A stretch of 64,000 nt of DNA. Source: Felis catus. Taxonomy: Eukaryota. The position numbers were made by a program, and so were the translations under genes. The notes beneath the pieces were generated by a model. It saw only the letters and a program-made list of their open reading frames with translations, had not been told where the DNA came from and did not search any database. How positions within the stretch are numbered: position 1 is the stretch's first letter; each line of letters starts with the position of its first letter. Positions 24,141 through 35,869 of the stretch are shown here, piece after piece. Location of the stretch: assembly GCF_018350175.1 (NCBI RefSeq), contig NC_058368.1:104348001-104412000 (forward strand), read 5' to 3'.

Positions 24141-27100
24141 GTAAATAAAAAAAGTTTGGGAGAAAAAAAAAACCCTTAATCCTCCTCTCCCTAGCTTTAC
24201 ATCCCACTGTTCTGAGTAACTGATCTGTGTGAAAACATTATCGGTCTCACTGTAGCTAACCCTCTGAGTCACAGGGAACAGCTTTTAAATTGTTCATACA
24301 GTTCTTATCAATCAGCTGGGTCTGTGTAAAGGAACTAGAAGTATGGAAACCTAATCACTCCCTCTGTGAAAAATCACCATGTCTCCTTGATCAGAGGAAG
24401 ATCAGAGCGCAGAAAGCCTCCCCCCCCTCCCCCGCTGCACCCCCCAGATTTGCACCATTTCCTGGCTATTTCATTTTAATCAGGACGTTGCTCAGCTGAT
24501 CTATTACTTCATAAGCCCCCTGGGAAAGCGTGGGTGTTACGGATACATGTCTCAGGAAAGCCCAGTGCCAGACACTCCCACCAGTGGAAACTCATGTTGC
24601 AAGCATGCTGTTTGCATGTAATAAGATGGGTTTCCTTGGCAAACTGCTCAATCACATACACAATCACAGTGGTAGTCGGGAGTCAAGGCACACGTTTTTG
24701 GGAAAGCATCATGGTACTTTTACTGGGTTTCTGTATTCTTCCCTTTGTTATAAAAGAATGGCATCAGAGTTCAATTTACAGAGAGAAATGAGGAAAACTA
24801 AAAATGAGCAGGAAGGAGCCCATAAAACCACCCAGGCTGGTCATTCAGTGAATCCTTTTATGGTTAGTGCATGTCTATTTACTGCGTTCTACCAGGTCAT
24901 TATTCTTGGGGATACTTTATCTGACAAATTGCCACTGGGTAAAATTTCCATCATCAATGAAAAATATGTAGCCTTTATAAGACAGAAGTACTAGGTGTGG
25001 AGGTGTGAAATGTGTCTTATCTGCTCTTCCTTTTTGCTACGTGCAGTTTGAATGCTTCCCTTTCAAGCTTTGGCTGATTGACACAGACCTGAAGAGATTT
25101 ACATAAGCTGGACTGGAGGAAATTCACCCATATCCAAATAAACCAGATGATCAGTGTAGTTCTCTTGTTATACTGGCTTACTTAGCAGGAAAAAAAAAAT
25201 TAGGATATAAAATTGGCAGTGATTTTACCAGAGGAGACTAAATGATTTGGTCTGGCCGTGGAGGTAGGAAGGTTAGTAGATGGGCACACACAGAGTCACC
25301 TTATTGAGTTATAAATCAAGTACCATGAAATGCTCTCATTTTTAAGTGTGGGATATAGCTTTTGAATGTATTCATAGACACCAAGGATATAATGGAGAGC
25401 CCCCAGTTCATTGTCCTGCAGCTCTGAGAAACTGAGGCATGCCACACAGATGGACAGTGGCTAAATGGGGAGGTGATACCCACTTTGGAGGTGCTAATGA
25501 GAACCAGTCCATTGATTTTGGCCATGATGGGTAGAAACTCGTAGACAGAAACCCTGGGTTTCTGATCGGTTACAAATGAACATCCAGCTGCTGGGTGCGG
25601 AGAGTGCAGGAAAGGAATGGATGGGGCAGTGTCCCATGGATGGGGAGATATGGAGGGTGAGGTTTACTTTGAAGGAAGGACTGGGGGAGTTTATGGAAGA
25701 GTGTGAGAGTCTGAGGTGTGACAGTGATTCTGACCACTGCTAACCCCTGGGTGCTGACAAATAACATTTATAAATGACTTTTTCAACCACTTCCTCTAGC
25801 AAACAAGAAGCTGTTATTATTATGATTTTGAAATTCACTGTTATAGAATTTTCGTGCCTTAATGAGAAGGCTGATCCAACTGGTACGTGATGATTAACGC
25901 AATTGGAAGAGTGCAAACAAGAAATAAAGTAAAGCTACTCCGAATGCTTAACCCCAATAGGCAGGTTTTGCTGATTTTCCAGAAAAAAAATTCATGGTTA
26001 TCTCGAGATAAAAATATTAAGCAAAGCTCAGTGTGGATAAGCCTGCCCTTTGGTAAGAGAGGAAAAGTCAATTAGTAATGTCATTTGTTTAAAACTATGC
26101 CTGCACCTGGTTCTCATTTGTCCTCCAGCTGAGAAACCAAAGACAACTTCTTTTTATTGCTTGTGGTCAAACAGCAAGTTCATTTCGCCATGGGATGATC
26201 AAACGGCCAGCCTCCCCCAGCTTGAGAAGGTTTGCCTTTCACTTTCAACTTGTTCAATCATCATTAACTCTGAAAAATGTCACATTCCATTTGTGCAATG
26301 AAAATTTCACCACTGGTGACCGTTTGGGTGAAGTTTTTGTAGGCATGGCCCTAAATCTTACAGAGCACCTCACACATTCTCAAGGTCATTTGCCCCGTTT
26401 CCTTGTTTAATGACAGTTGCCTAAGATCCCAGAGTCTGTGGCCAAGCATAGGCCACTTTGAAGAACCTTTGTGTATAGGTACATGTTTCTGTCTCTGAGA
26501 TGGAAGGGGTTCACTGGGTGATTCGATGCAGGCAATTTAGCTGAGAAAAACCAAGATGTGTGCATGTGAAATGCACACGTGTGCACACACACACATACAC
26601 ACACACATACACACAATGGGGTTTTTACCAAGTGAAAATAAGAGTCTTCTTTACCGGGGAGAGACCAGTCAAGACCACTGGATGCACAGCCCTTTTAAAG
26701 CAGAGTTGTTTTTTTTTGTTTGTTTGGGTTTTTTTTGTTTTTGGTTTTTAACTCTGGGAAGTTAGCTTCCCTGGAGAAGCCGCAATACCAACTTGGGGAG
26801 GTTCCAGAAAGTTTCTGGAAAGGACAAGTAGGCTTCTTTTTTAACTTTTGCCTTCGGGCTTGAGAAGTCTTCCACCTCCCTTGTTTATTATTTAATTATG
26901 TACCTCCCCGTGCACCTTCTGCAGAGTTCTGGAATGTAAATCCCAGTGAACGTGGCATGGGGCCAGATCCCTGACAGGCACTCTACAAATATGAATTTCT
27001 GAGAGTGGATGTCAAGCAGCAAGGCTGCTAAATTAAGAGGTCACTTGATCCAGAGTCTTAAAGCATAGGGTGAATTGAGGCAAGTCCAATAAATTTTATG

Positions 27101-28241
27101 CCATTTGGCAAGTAAGTCATTGCTAAAACAGGCCCCAGTTACAGGTCCTGATTAAATTCTCAAGGTCAAACCCAAGAGCATGTACATACAGAGTTCTCCA
27201 GAGCCTTAAGTGCTGAGGCGCTAACATACTGTTTTAAATAGTCTCTGAGAAGGGCGTCTTGATTTCTAGCTCTAGCTTAATGCCCAAGTTTCGCTGGGTC
27301 AGCTGCTGAAGTAAAGAGTGGGTTATCAGCGGGTCTGGATTATAGGCACATAATCTTGATCTTGGTCTCTCTCAATTAGCTCCAGCTCATAATATATTAG
27401 AATAGTTATTATTGCTAACATCCAATTTTTAACTGTCTAATAGACATTGAGGGTAGGAGAGAGGGCAAAATATTCTAGTGATATTTTCCACTTCCCCTAG
27501 CTAATGCATAGACCAGACCCTTGGTCTAACGTAGAAATGTGTGGCTCCTAAAATATGAAAGAGTGTCCTGCCATTTTAATAGCTGGGTTGAAATGCCTTC
27601 CTTTTAAGAAAAGAGATTCCAATATTAGGTTATTAACTGAAAAAAGCTTGTGTATAATTTCCTAAGAGAGATTTTTTTTTTTAATTCAAACACTTGGATA
27701 TGTACTTGGTATTCTTCTAAGTGCTTTAGAAATCTTAATTCATGTAATCCACATAGTAATTTCAAGAGGTAAAGTTACTTACCTAAGGTCATGGCACTAC
27801 TCAAATCCAGGAAGTCTGGGTCTGTATCCATTATACTATGCAGCTGTATTTTTTTCATAGAGACCTCGCAGAATACGCAAGCCAAATGCCCACGTATCTG
27901 TTGCTTCAACTGGGGCAGAGGGTATGCAAAGCGAAAGTATTGTCTCACTTCTCAGGAAAGGGAAAATGGACAGCAACTTTATAAACTTCCCCTTTCTCCT
28001 CACACTGCTTTCCCATCTCCTGTCTCCACTTCATGGAGATCACTTTTCTACTGTCGGCTCCAGAGTGAGCTCGTGAGCCGTTTCTGTCTGTGTTACGCAC
28101 ACACATGCACACGCACACACACACTTACACATTGCTACCGCTGTGCTTCATTGAGCTGCGTGGGGTTTGTGATCTGGGCATCAAAGCAGACATCATTTGC
28201 TCATTAGAGCTAAGTTTTCAGGACCTGCCCCAATTACTGAC

Positions 28242-28446
28242 CTCCACTAACGGCCTGGGTTTGCGCTCGACTGCAAACTTGAAGTGGCAGAGTTCACAGT
28301 AGCTGGTGTTTGAGGATGACAGCCAGTGCTCCAGGCAGCTCCGATGAATTGTCCCCAAGGTCCCTGTGCATTCGCAGGGAGAGAGCAAGTCCTCTTGGCT
28401 GCTGCCCTCGTGGCAGATTCTGCACATCGGCCGGTCATTGAAGGGG
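28242..28446 (-). CDS. MARCHF3: MARCHF3 second coding exon: RING-CH (C4HC3) domain
   Basis: Acceptor tccttctcttgcAG|C completes the Ser codon (AG+C). Encodes [68 protein letters not shown] with CxxC, CxC, HxxC and CxxC ligands. Donor GAG|GTCAGT; 205 nt, cumulative 393 nt (phase 0). Confidence 0.98.
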
Positions 28447-29281
28447 CTGCAAGAGAAGGAGGGGGGCCTGCTGGTCACCAGGCTGGAGACCATCACCAAG
28501 AGGATGGTCCTCTGGCTCTGCGTCCCTCAGACCCTCCCCAGTGGCAGCTGCTCCAACAGACGCTTGCTTTCAAACCCTAGATGTACGCTCTGTGTACATG
28601 GGGGTGGGGGGGGGTCCTTGGGCATCTCCCTTCGCCAATATAAAGAAGCAGGGGATGGCCCGGGACCAAAAGTGGGTGAAAGCGAGCAGTGTGTTATTTT
28701 TGTCTTGGGCGTGAATGTTGTTCAGGCAGACTCCCGATCGAAAAATAAAAACTACTCCTCACCCTTAAAAACAGAAATTGTTTTGAAAAGACATCAACTG
28801 TAGTTTCCAGGCAAACTTCGTCTTTTGAATCAAGCCAGGACACTTGGAAAAACTCACGGGTTCTTTTCCTTTCTCCTTCCATAAGGGTGGGAGAATGAGG
28901 GGTGGGAAGTTAACTGGCAGCCAGCTCTCAAGCTGTTGCACAGAACTGAGGTCTGAGCCAGAGCCGTGAGCTGAGCGGCAGGTGATCCTTTGAGCTTTCC
29001 TAGGATGCTAAGGATACTAAGCTCAACGCAAGTAATGGGTGTGTCCCACAGAGGTGGCCTGAGTCTAGAGCTCTGCCATGAATTTAGAAAAACCAGCCCT
29101 GCGCATTTCTTGAAGGCACACGGTGTGGTGGTTCCTGAGGCAGGTTCTGGAGTGGTGCCTGGGCCTGAACCCCAGCTCTGGTGCCTACCCACACTGGCTA
29201 ATTTGGCGCAATTAATGTCATGTCTCTGTATGTTAGTTTCCTCATCTCTAAGACAGGCACAAAGAATGGTGCCTTCCTCTT

Positions 29282-29886
29282 TTTTTTTTTTTTTAATATG
29301 AAATTTATTGTCAAGTTGGTTTCCATACCCAGTGCTCATCCCAACATGTGCCCTCCTCAATACCCATCACCCATTCTCCCCTCCCTCCCACCCCCCATCA
29401 ACCCTCAGTTTGTTCTCAGTTTTTAAGAGTCTCTTATGGTTTGGCTCCCTCCCTCTCTAACTTCTTTTTTCCTTCCCCTCCCCCATGGTCTTCTGTTAAG
29501 TTTCTCGGGATCCACATAAGAGTGAAAACATATGGTATCTGTCTTTCTCTGTATGACTTATTTCACTTAGCATCACACTCTCCAGTTCCATCCATGTTGC
29601 TACAAACGGCCATATTTCATTCTTTCTCATAGCCACATAGTACTCCATTGTGTATATAAACCACAATTTCTTTATCCATTCATCAGTTGATGGACATTTA
29701 GGCTCTTTCCACAATTTGGCTATTGCTGAGAGTGCTGCTATAAACATTGGGGTACAAGGGCCCCTATCCATCAGCACTCCTGTATCCCTTGGGTAAATTC
29801 CTAGCAGTGCTATTGCTGGGTCATAGGGTAGATCTATTTTTAATTTTTTGAGGAACCTCCACACTGTTTTCCAGAGCGGCTGCACA
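29282..29886 (-). mobile_element. 5'-truncated felid/carnivore L1 (ORF2 C-terminus, 3'UTR, polyA), sense to MARCHF3
   Basis: ORF 29496-29933 contains the L1 ORF2 C-terminus ([31 protein letters not shown]...WKEPKCPSTDEWIKK...). TSD aatggtg(c/t)cttcctctt at 29265-29281 and 29887-29903. Confidence 0.95.
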
Positions 29887-30574
29887 AATGGTGTCTTCCT
29901 CTTGTGTGACTGTGAGGAAAAGTGACAGTTCAAATCAGAAGCTGAGAATAGGGACCAGCCTGTAATACATGCGTAGTTAGTGGTAACTATTTCTGCTTGC
30001 AGAAAAACTCAGGTCAGGAAAAGTCCAATGACACGGCCCTCATCAGGGAAGTTAGTGGCCGATGGAGGGCTCAAACTGACATGGCCTCACCTCCCAGTGC
30101 ACACTGTGTCTTTGTGAGAGGACCATTCCTTTCTGATGGACATCTTCTTATGTTGCTTCTCATATTTTTCTTTACTGGGCATTAGGTTTTAAACTATGTT
30201 ATCACTGTATGTGCCAACCCGAAGAACAGCCTCTGCACCGGTCCTCGCCCAACCTAGACCCATCCCTCTCTTTGACACCATCTTTGGTCCAAATGGAAAT
30301 GGCCATGGAAGTAACTGCTGTTTCCCAAAGACCTTTCTGGGATGATCCTGGGAACCAGTGAAGGCTTAAAAGAGGAAAAAAATCTTCCCACTTGCCCAGA
30401 AGTGGGATCCACTCATGCTCAGGGCTGAGAGAAGGAAGTTTAAGGAGTAGAGTTGACTTTGTCTCTGACTATTCCTGGCCTCCTTCATTCCCACTGAGCC
30501 AAATGCACGTGAAAGTCGAAAATCGTCTGGTTTACCTGAGCACCTGGTAGAACACGTGAAAATGCCTGATCTGT

Positions 30575-30611
30575 GCGCCTGCGCGCACGCACACAGACAG
30601 ACAGACAGACA

Positions 30612-30647
<36 letters not shown>

Positions 30648-30652
30648 CACAC
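30575..30652. repeat. Compound (CG/CA)-(CAGA)n-(CA)n microsatellite
   Basis: Direct inspection. Confidence 0.9.
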
Positions 30653-30705
30653 AACTGGCTCATAGGTCTAAGTCAAGCCTGTTTTTCTGATTAAACAAGG
30701 TGTCT

Positions 30706-30922
30706 GGGGCACCTGGGTGGCTCGGTCAGTTAAGCGTCCGACTACGGCTCAGGTCATGATCTCACGGTCCCTGAGTTTGAGCCCCGCGTCGGGCTCTGTG
30801 CTGACCGCTCAGAGCCTAGAGCCTGTTTCGGATTCTGTGTCTCCCTCTCTCTCTGCCCCTCCCCTGTTCATGCTCTGTCTCTCTCTGTCTCAAGGATAAA
30901 TAAATGTTAAAAAAAAATTAAA
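30706..30922 (+). mobile_element. SINEC_Fc
   Basis: TSD aaacaaggtgtct. Confidence 0.95.
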
Positions 30923-32184
30923 AAACAAGGTGTCTGAAGGCTTCAGGGTACACCCGGTCATCTGTCTCAGTTAGCAGGTGAGCAATGGTGCTCATTGCCT
31001 CATCACATTCTGAGTCCTAAACCAATTGTTAGAAGCTTTCCGAGAGGTGGGAACATATATATTGACTTTCTTCTACTTTATCCCTTTGCTAGCTGCACAG
31101 ATTGGCAGAAGGCGGTGTGTGGGGAATGTTTACAAGATGCATGAGTGTGTAAGTCTGTGTCTGGTGGCTTCTGTGTCCAGGCTGGGGTAACGGAAAACGC
31201 TGTGGTGCTCCCCACAGTCCTGCTGCAGGTGCATGTGGGCCTGTATCTCTACTGTAGGGCTTGGTTGTGTTCCTCAGACAAAGATAAGCAGTCAACATGT
31301 GAGTTACTGGCCCAACCTTCGAGAATCAGGAGTGGCAGTGCCGGCATCTTAGGGCAGGTCCAGTGTTGACAGGCATTTTACATTATTAGATCAAAGTTGC
31401 ACGTAACTGTTCTGCAAGAAAGCTGGAGAAGCCAAGGAGCACGTATTGGCCGGAGAGCCCATGGCTCTCAGTCTGCCACCAGACAAGGGGAGAGCTCCAG
31501 GGACCAAGTGCCGGCCTGGATAAGCCATCTCAGGGCTGCTCAGAGCCCACGGCCTTGTTTTGTTTCATCATCCAAGGGAGACAAGCTGTGGGGGCAGGCA
31601 GGGTATGTTGTGAAGGATCAGGGGTGAAGGGCCCATGGGGCGCAAAGGAGGGGGCAACAGAAGTGCCCCCCCTCCCGAGTGGGGACATACCACAGAAGCG
31701 ACTCACCCAGGAATAGTGCTCCCACCAGGCGGTGCTGATTAGCATAAGCACTAGGAAGGTCACTTCAGAAGTTTTGCCCACAAGTCTAATCACTTTGGCT
31801 TTGTCACCAGAATTCAGGTGCCTCCTTCCCTCCTTTCTAACAAAGAGCTACCTTTGTTAGCACATGGCGACAGAGAGTGTAATTTACCATGGCATTGTCC
31901 AAATAACACAGGTAAAGAAAGCCATCCTGTGTCCTGTGGGATCCTTCCCTGCCTGGCTCTCTGCAAGTGTTTTAAGTGGAGAACTCAGGAGTGTGGATTT
32001 TAGCGTTACACCCCATTGCTATAGAAACGCTGATCAGAGAACTTGTATAGTTTTTTCTTCCCTCAGCACCTCCTCTCACCTGACACAAAGCCCTGAGCAC
32101 TGTTTACATTCCTTTTAGCATCCTGCATCTGACAAAGAGTGCTCCGGCTCAGTTACAGATTCATTTATTTAATAGCGGTACTAC

Positions 32185-32372
32185 CTCTGGGTGGCAAGAG
32201 TCCGCACTACTGTTGACAGCAGCTGCCCGTCCTTGGCTGAAACTTGCATGACATACTGCGGCTGCCCATTCACGAGGCTGCCACAGTCGTCCACGGTCTT
32301 CACCACGGGCGCAGCCGAGCTGGTGCAGTCTGGCAGCACTTCCGGCAGGTGACTGCAGCGGCTGGTTGTCAT
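32185..32372 (-). CDS. MARCHF3: MARCHF3 first coding exon, codons 1-63 (phase 2 end), N-terminal region
   Basis: Translates MTTSRCSHLPEVLPDCTSSAAPVVKTVDDCGSLVNGQPQYVMQVSAKDGQLLSTVVRTLATQ, matching the MARCH3 (not MARCH2) N-terminus as I recall it. ATG at 32372-32370 in context GTTACCATGA; donor AG|GTAGTA at 32185/32184; 188 nt coding. Confidence 0.97.
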
Positions 32373-32428
32373 GGTAACAGACAGCAATTACTCTGCTAAT
32401 GGCTTCCACGTTCATGCAAGATTTCCAT
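32373..32428 (-). other. MARCHF3: 5'UTR portion (56 nt) of the first coding exon of MARCHF3
   Basis: Polypyrimidine tract and acceptor (ctgttttctgatctctcctAG|ATGGAA) at 32429/32428; implies a non-coding exon further upstream, outside the window. Confidence 0.85.
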
Positions 32429-34197
32429 CTAGGAGAGATCAGAAAACAGTTTACTTGGGCAGGGTGGTTAGTAGAAAATGGAGAACTACGGGCCACCAAC
32501 ATCGCCGTGTCGTCATTTAACAGGAATAACACGGGGAGCCTAGACGTGGTACATTATCTTGTTACCACGTAACACGTGTGTGCACACACACAGAACCCAC
32601 GAGAAACAGTGGATGTGGTTGTGAACAAGATGGCGGGCATACGTAAATAGCCGTGTACGTGAACATTTAGGATCCCTGCTCTTGGAGGGGAGAGGGCGTG
32701 ATGGCTCTGGAGCCAGATCTGAAGAGGAGATAAGCAGTTCTCCTGCTCTGTGCCGGAGAAGCAATAAGTCTTTGTTGACACTCTCTCAAAGTTACTAGAA
32801 TCTTTATTAAAACCGCTCGCAACTCTTTTTTTTTTTGTAAGCAATTTATTTTCCATTCGGCTTCATTCTGAGATGCTAAGGTTAAAAAAAGAGAGTAAGG
32901 GAAAGAAAAAAAAGACTTTGGCCAAGTAGCACCTTCTAGGACAATATTTGCCAAAGTGAATCGTTCAATTAATGTACCACATTTCTGACCATTGCCATAT
33001 CTGTGTCCCATAATACAATTATCTACTTAATATATCTTGACAATTAACTTCCTTTAAAAACTTAACCTATTTTAGCCTTGTCTTAAATAGTTACTCATGA
33101 TAAATGATTAGTTGGACGAGGTCGTTATATTTTTTCCTAATGGACATCACAATCAAGACATTAGAATTGAGTTTTTGTTAGTGGAATACCTAAAATCCAG
33201 GGACACTGCATCATCACAGAGGAACGCAAGAAATGATGACGAATGAGCTCTCTACAGGCTCTTAAAATCCATTCTTAGTAAAGGCCTTGCCTCCCTGACA
33301 CACAGTCTGTCACAGGGTCTGCAAGGAATTCTGTCCCTGATCAGTGTGGTGGGGGCTTGAACCAGACCTCAAATTAAAAGCACCCAGATGCACCGGAGTG
33401 AGCAACCCCACCGTATCCAGTAACAGGTCTGCATGTGATACATGAGAAACAGACATCTTTACAGAAACTTGCAGGCGTTGAATCTCACCTCTAGGAATAT
33501 GGCTATTTCTGCCCAGCCTGCTCATCTCAAGCTCCGGAGCCTATGACAGCCCAGACTCTATAGACAGAGGCAGGATTGGTTGACGGATGGAGTTCACATC
33601 AACAACCAGACTGGATGGTAAAGGACCCAAATCAAAATAAATCCACCTCACAGCCCCCGAAAGATTTTTGGAATTCCTCAATGGGTTGCTTTCTCCTAGC
33701 TGTTTCTCCTGGTTATTATACAGTACTTGACACCTATGGGTCTGGGAAACAGGATCATCCCAACTTCCAGAACAATCTGCATCTACTGGATGTTATTAGG
33801 ATGAGAACATAGTGCTTGCAGGTGAACTTGAACTGACACTATCCCTCCCGAAAAGCACATGTCAAGGAGCCTGGCCATCAGGGGCAACTGGACAGGAACG
33901 GAGTCCCCTCCTTGTGCTGAGGTGTCTGGCTGGCCTTGCTCCAGCATGTTCCTGTTCCTGTCCTTGGCCGTCACCATTGCTCTTAGTGTTTGTGATCTGG
34001 CCTGTCCTGGGAGACCTCTGGAAGCCGGAAGTGAGGACGGGGTAGTGGACAACCAGCCCTGGTCAGAGGCCCGATGTAGGGGCACAGGCAGGGCTGTCCC
34101 CACATGTTGTCGTCACCTCCCTGGTGGGCTTTCCAACCACCAGGCACTGGGCAGTCAAGGACACACCCGGATAATTAGCCAGTGTGGTTTTGCTTTT

Positions 34198-34428
34198 TAT
34201 TTTTTATTATTTTTTTTAAAAGTTTCTTCATTTATTTTGAGAAAGAGAGAGAGGGACTTTGAGCATGCGTAGGGGAGGGGCAGAGAGAGAGGGAAACAGA
34301 ATCCCGAGCAGACTCCGCGCTGTCAGCCCAGAGCCTGAAGCGCGGCCCAAACCCACGAACCATGAGATCATGACCTACACTGAAACCAAGAGTCGGACAC
34401 TTTACCGACTGAGCCACCCAGGTACCCC
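34198..34428 (-). mobile_element. CAN-SINE
   Basis: TSD tggttttgctttt. Confidence 0.93.
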
Positions 34429-34646
34429 TGGTTTTGCTTTTTAAATAGGATTTGTTGCCTTTGTTTGTTTGTTTTTAATACTGTAAAAGCCAGAAATGTA
34501 TGTTATAGAAGGTACAGAAAAGTACAAAGAAAACAACACGACTCACAGATGATCCCACCACTTGGATAACCACAGTAAACTTTCTGGGTGGATGTCTTTT
34601 TAATTTTTGGCAGGGTTGACAGGGCGGAGTTGATTTGTAACTGAGG

Positions 34647-34651
<5 letters not shown>

Positions 34652-34697
<46 letters not shown>
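34652..34697. repeat. Poly(T) run of about 46 nt
   Basis: Direct inspection. Confidence 0.95.
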
Positions 34698-34699
<2 letters not shown>

Positions 34700-35616
34700 T
34701 AATTGAGTTATAGTAGCTCTCAGGCCACAGAACAAAAGGATGTTCACAGACCGACTTCTAAAACTCTGTCGAATCCCCCTTCCCTATCCCTGCTCTTATA
34801 AAACCCCATTGACGTGATTTTAAATTCTAATAATGCCTCCTAGTCACCAAGTGTAACTTCCTGGCACAGCTCTCTTGCCTCACAAGGCAGCCAGAGATAA
34901 AGAGCCAGGGGTCTGTTGGCAGGAAAAGCAGACACAGTGACCTTCTTGCCACATGGAATCATTATGTCTGGATGCATTCTGTGAGTCTATTTTCAGGTTC
35001 TGCATAACTTCAACTCCTAGGACCAAACGCTCCCTCCCTATGCTCGATGTCATGGGAAGGAGGCGGAGGAGAGATGCACAGAGGGAGAAGATGAGACCCA
35101 GGCAGTCAGTAATTAAGCTAACTCTAGTGACGGGACATCGCTCAGGCACACAATGTCCCCAAGTTCGTTCACTTATAACCCAGATTAAGTTCTCATCAAA
35201 GGAAGCAGTTCTAAATATATGACCTAAATCTGCAATAAAATGCCCTTACAACAATTCACGAAGTAGAGTTCCCTTTAAACTTATTTTATATCTGTAATTT
35301 CACTTCTGGGTGATATACTTCATCATTTAATTTCCCTTCTCAAAGGCAAAAGGGATCATCAGCGGTCTGATCAGTTCATTTCATTCACAGTGGGTGCTGG
35401 GCACGGAGTTGAGCATAAAGGGAAGGAAGGCTCCTCTACGTTGCCTTCTTCTGCAAGCAAGCCCTGAACCCAACTTGGGATCTGATGGATACGATGCTCC
35501 AGTCCAGCACTCACTGAATACACCACCATATTCACAGACCACCATGCATCAGAATAATCTTGAGATACCAAGCCTGGCATGCCCATGATGAGTTCGCACA
35601 CTTTGAAGAGATCATG

Positions 35617-35702
35617 TTTTTTTTTTTTTTTTTTTTTTAATGTTTATTTATTTACTTTGAGGGAGACAGCACAAGCAGGGGAGGGGCAGAAAGACAGGGA
35701 GG

Positions 35703-35733
<31 letters not shown>

Positions 35734-35869
35734 TGAGAATCTAAAGCAGGCTCCAGGCATACTCAGCATGGAGCCTGAGGTGGGGCTTGATCCCACGACC
35801 ACGAGATCATGACCTGAGCCAAAATCAAGAGTCAGACACTTAATCCACTGAACCACCCACGGGTGCCCC
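35617..35869 (-). mobile_element. CAN-SINE
   Basis: PolyT and (GA)-rich tract; short TSD agatcat. Confidence 0.9.

Noticed and set aside
34635..34735. Poly(T)46 as the tail of a tiny retro-insertion
   Set aside because: Flanks share only aggcca loosely; no credible TSD or element body.
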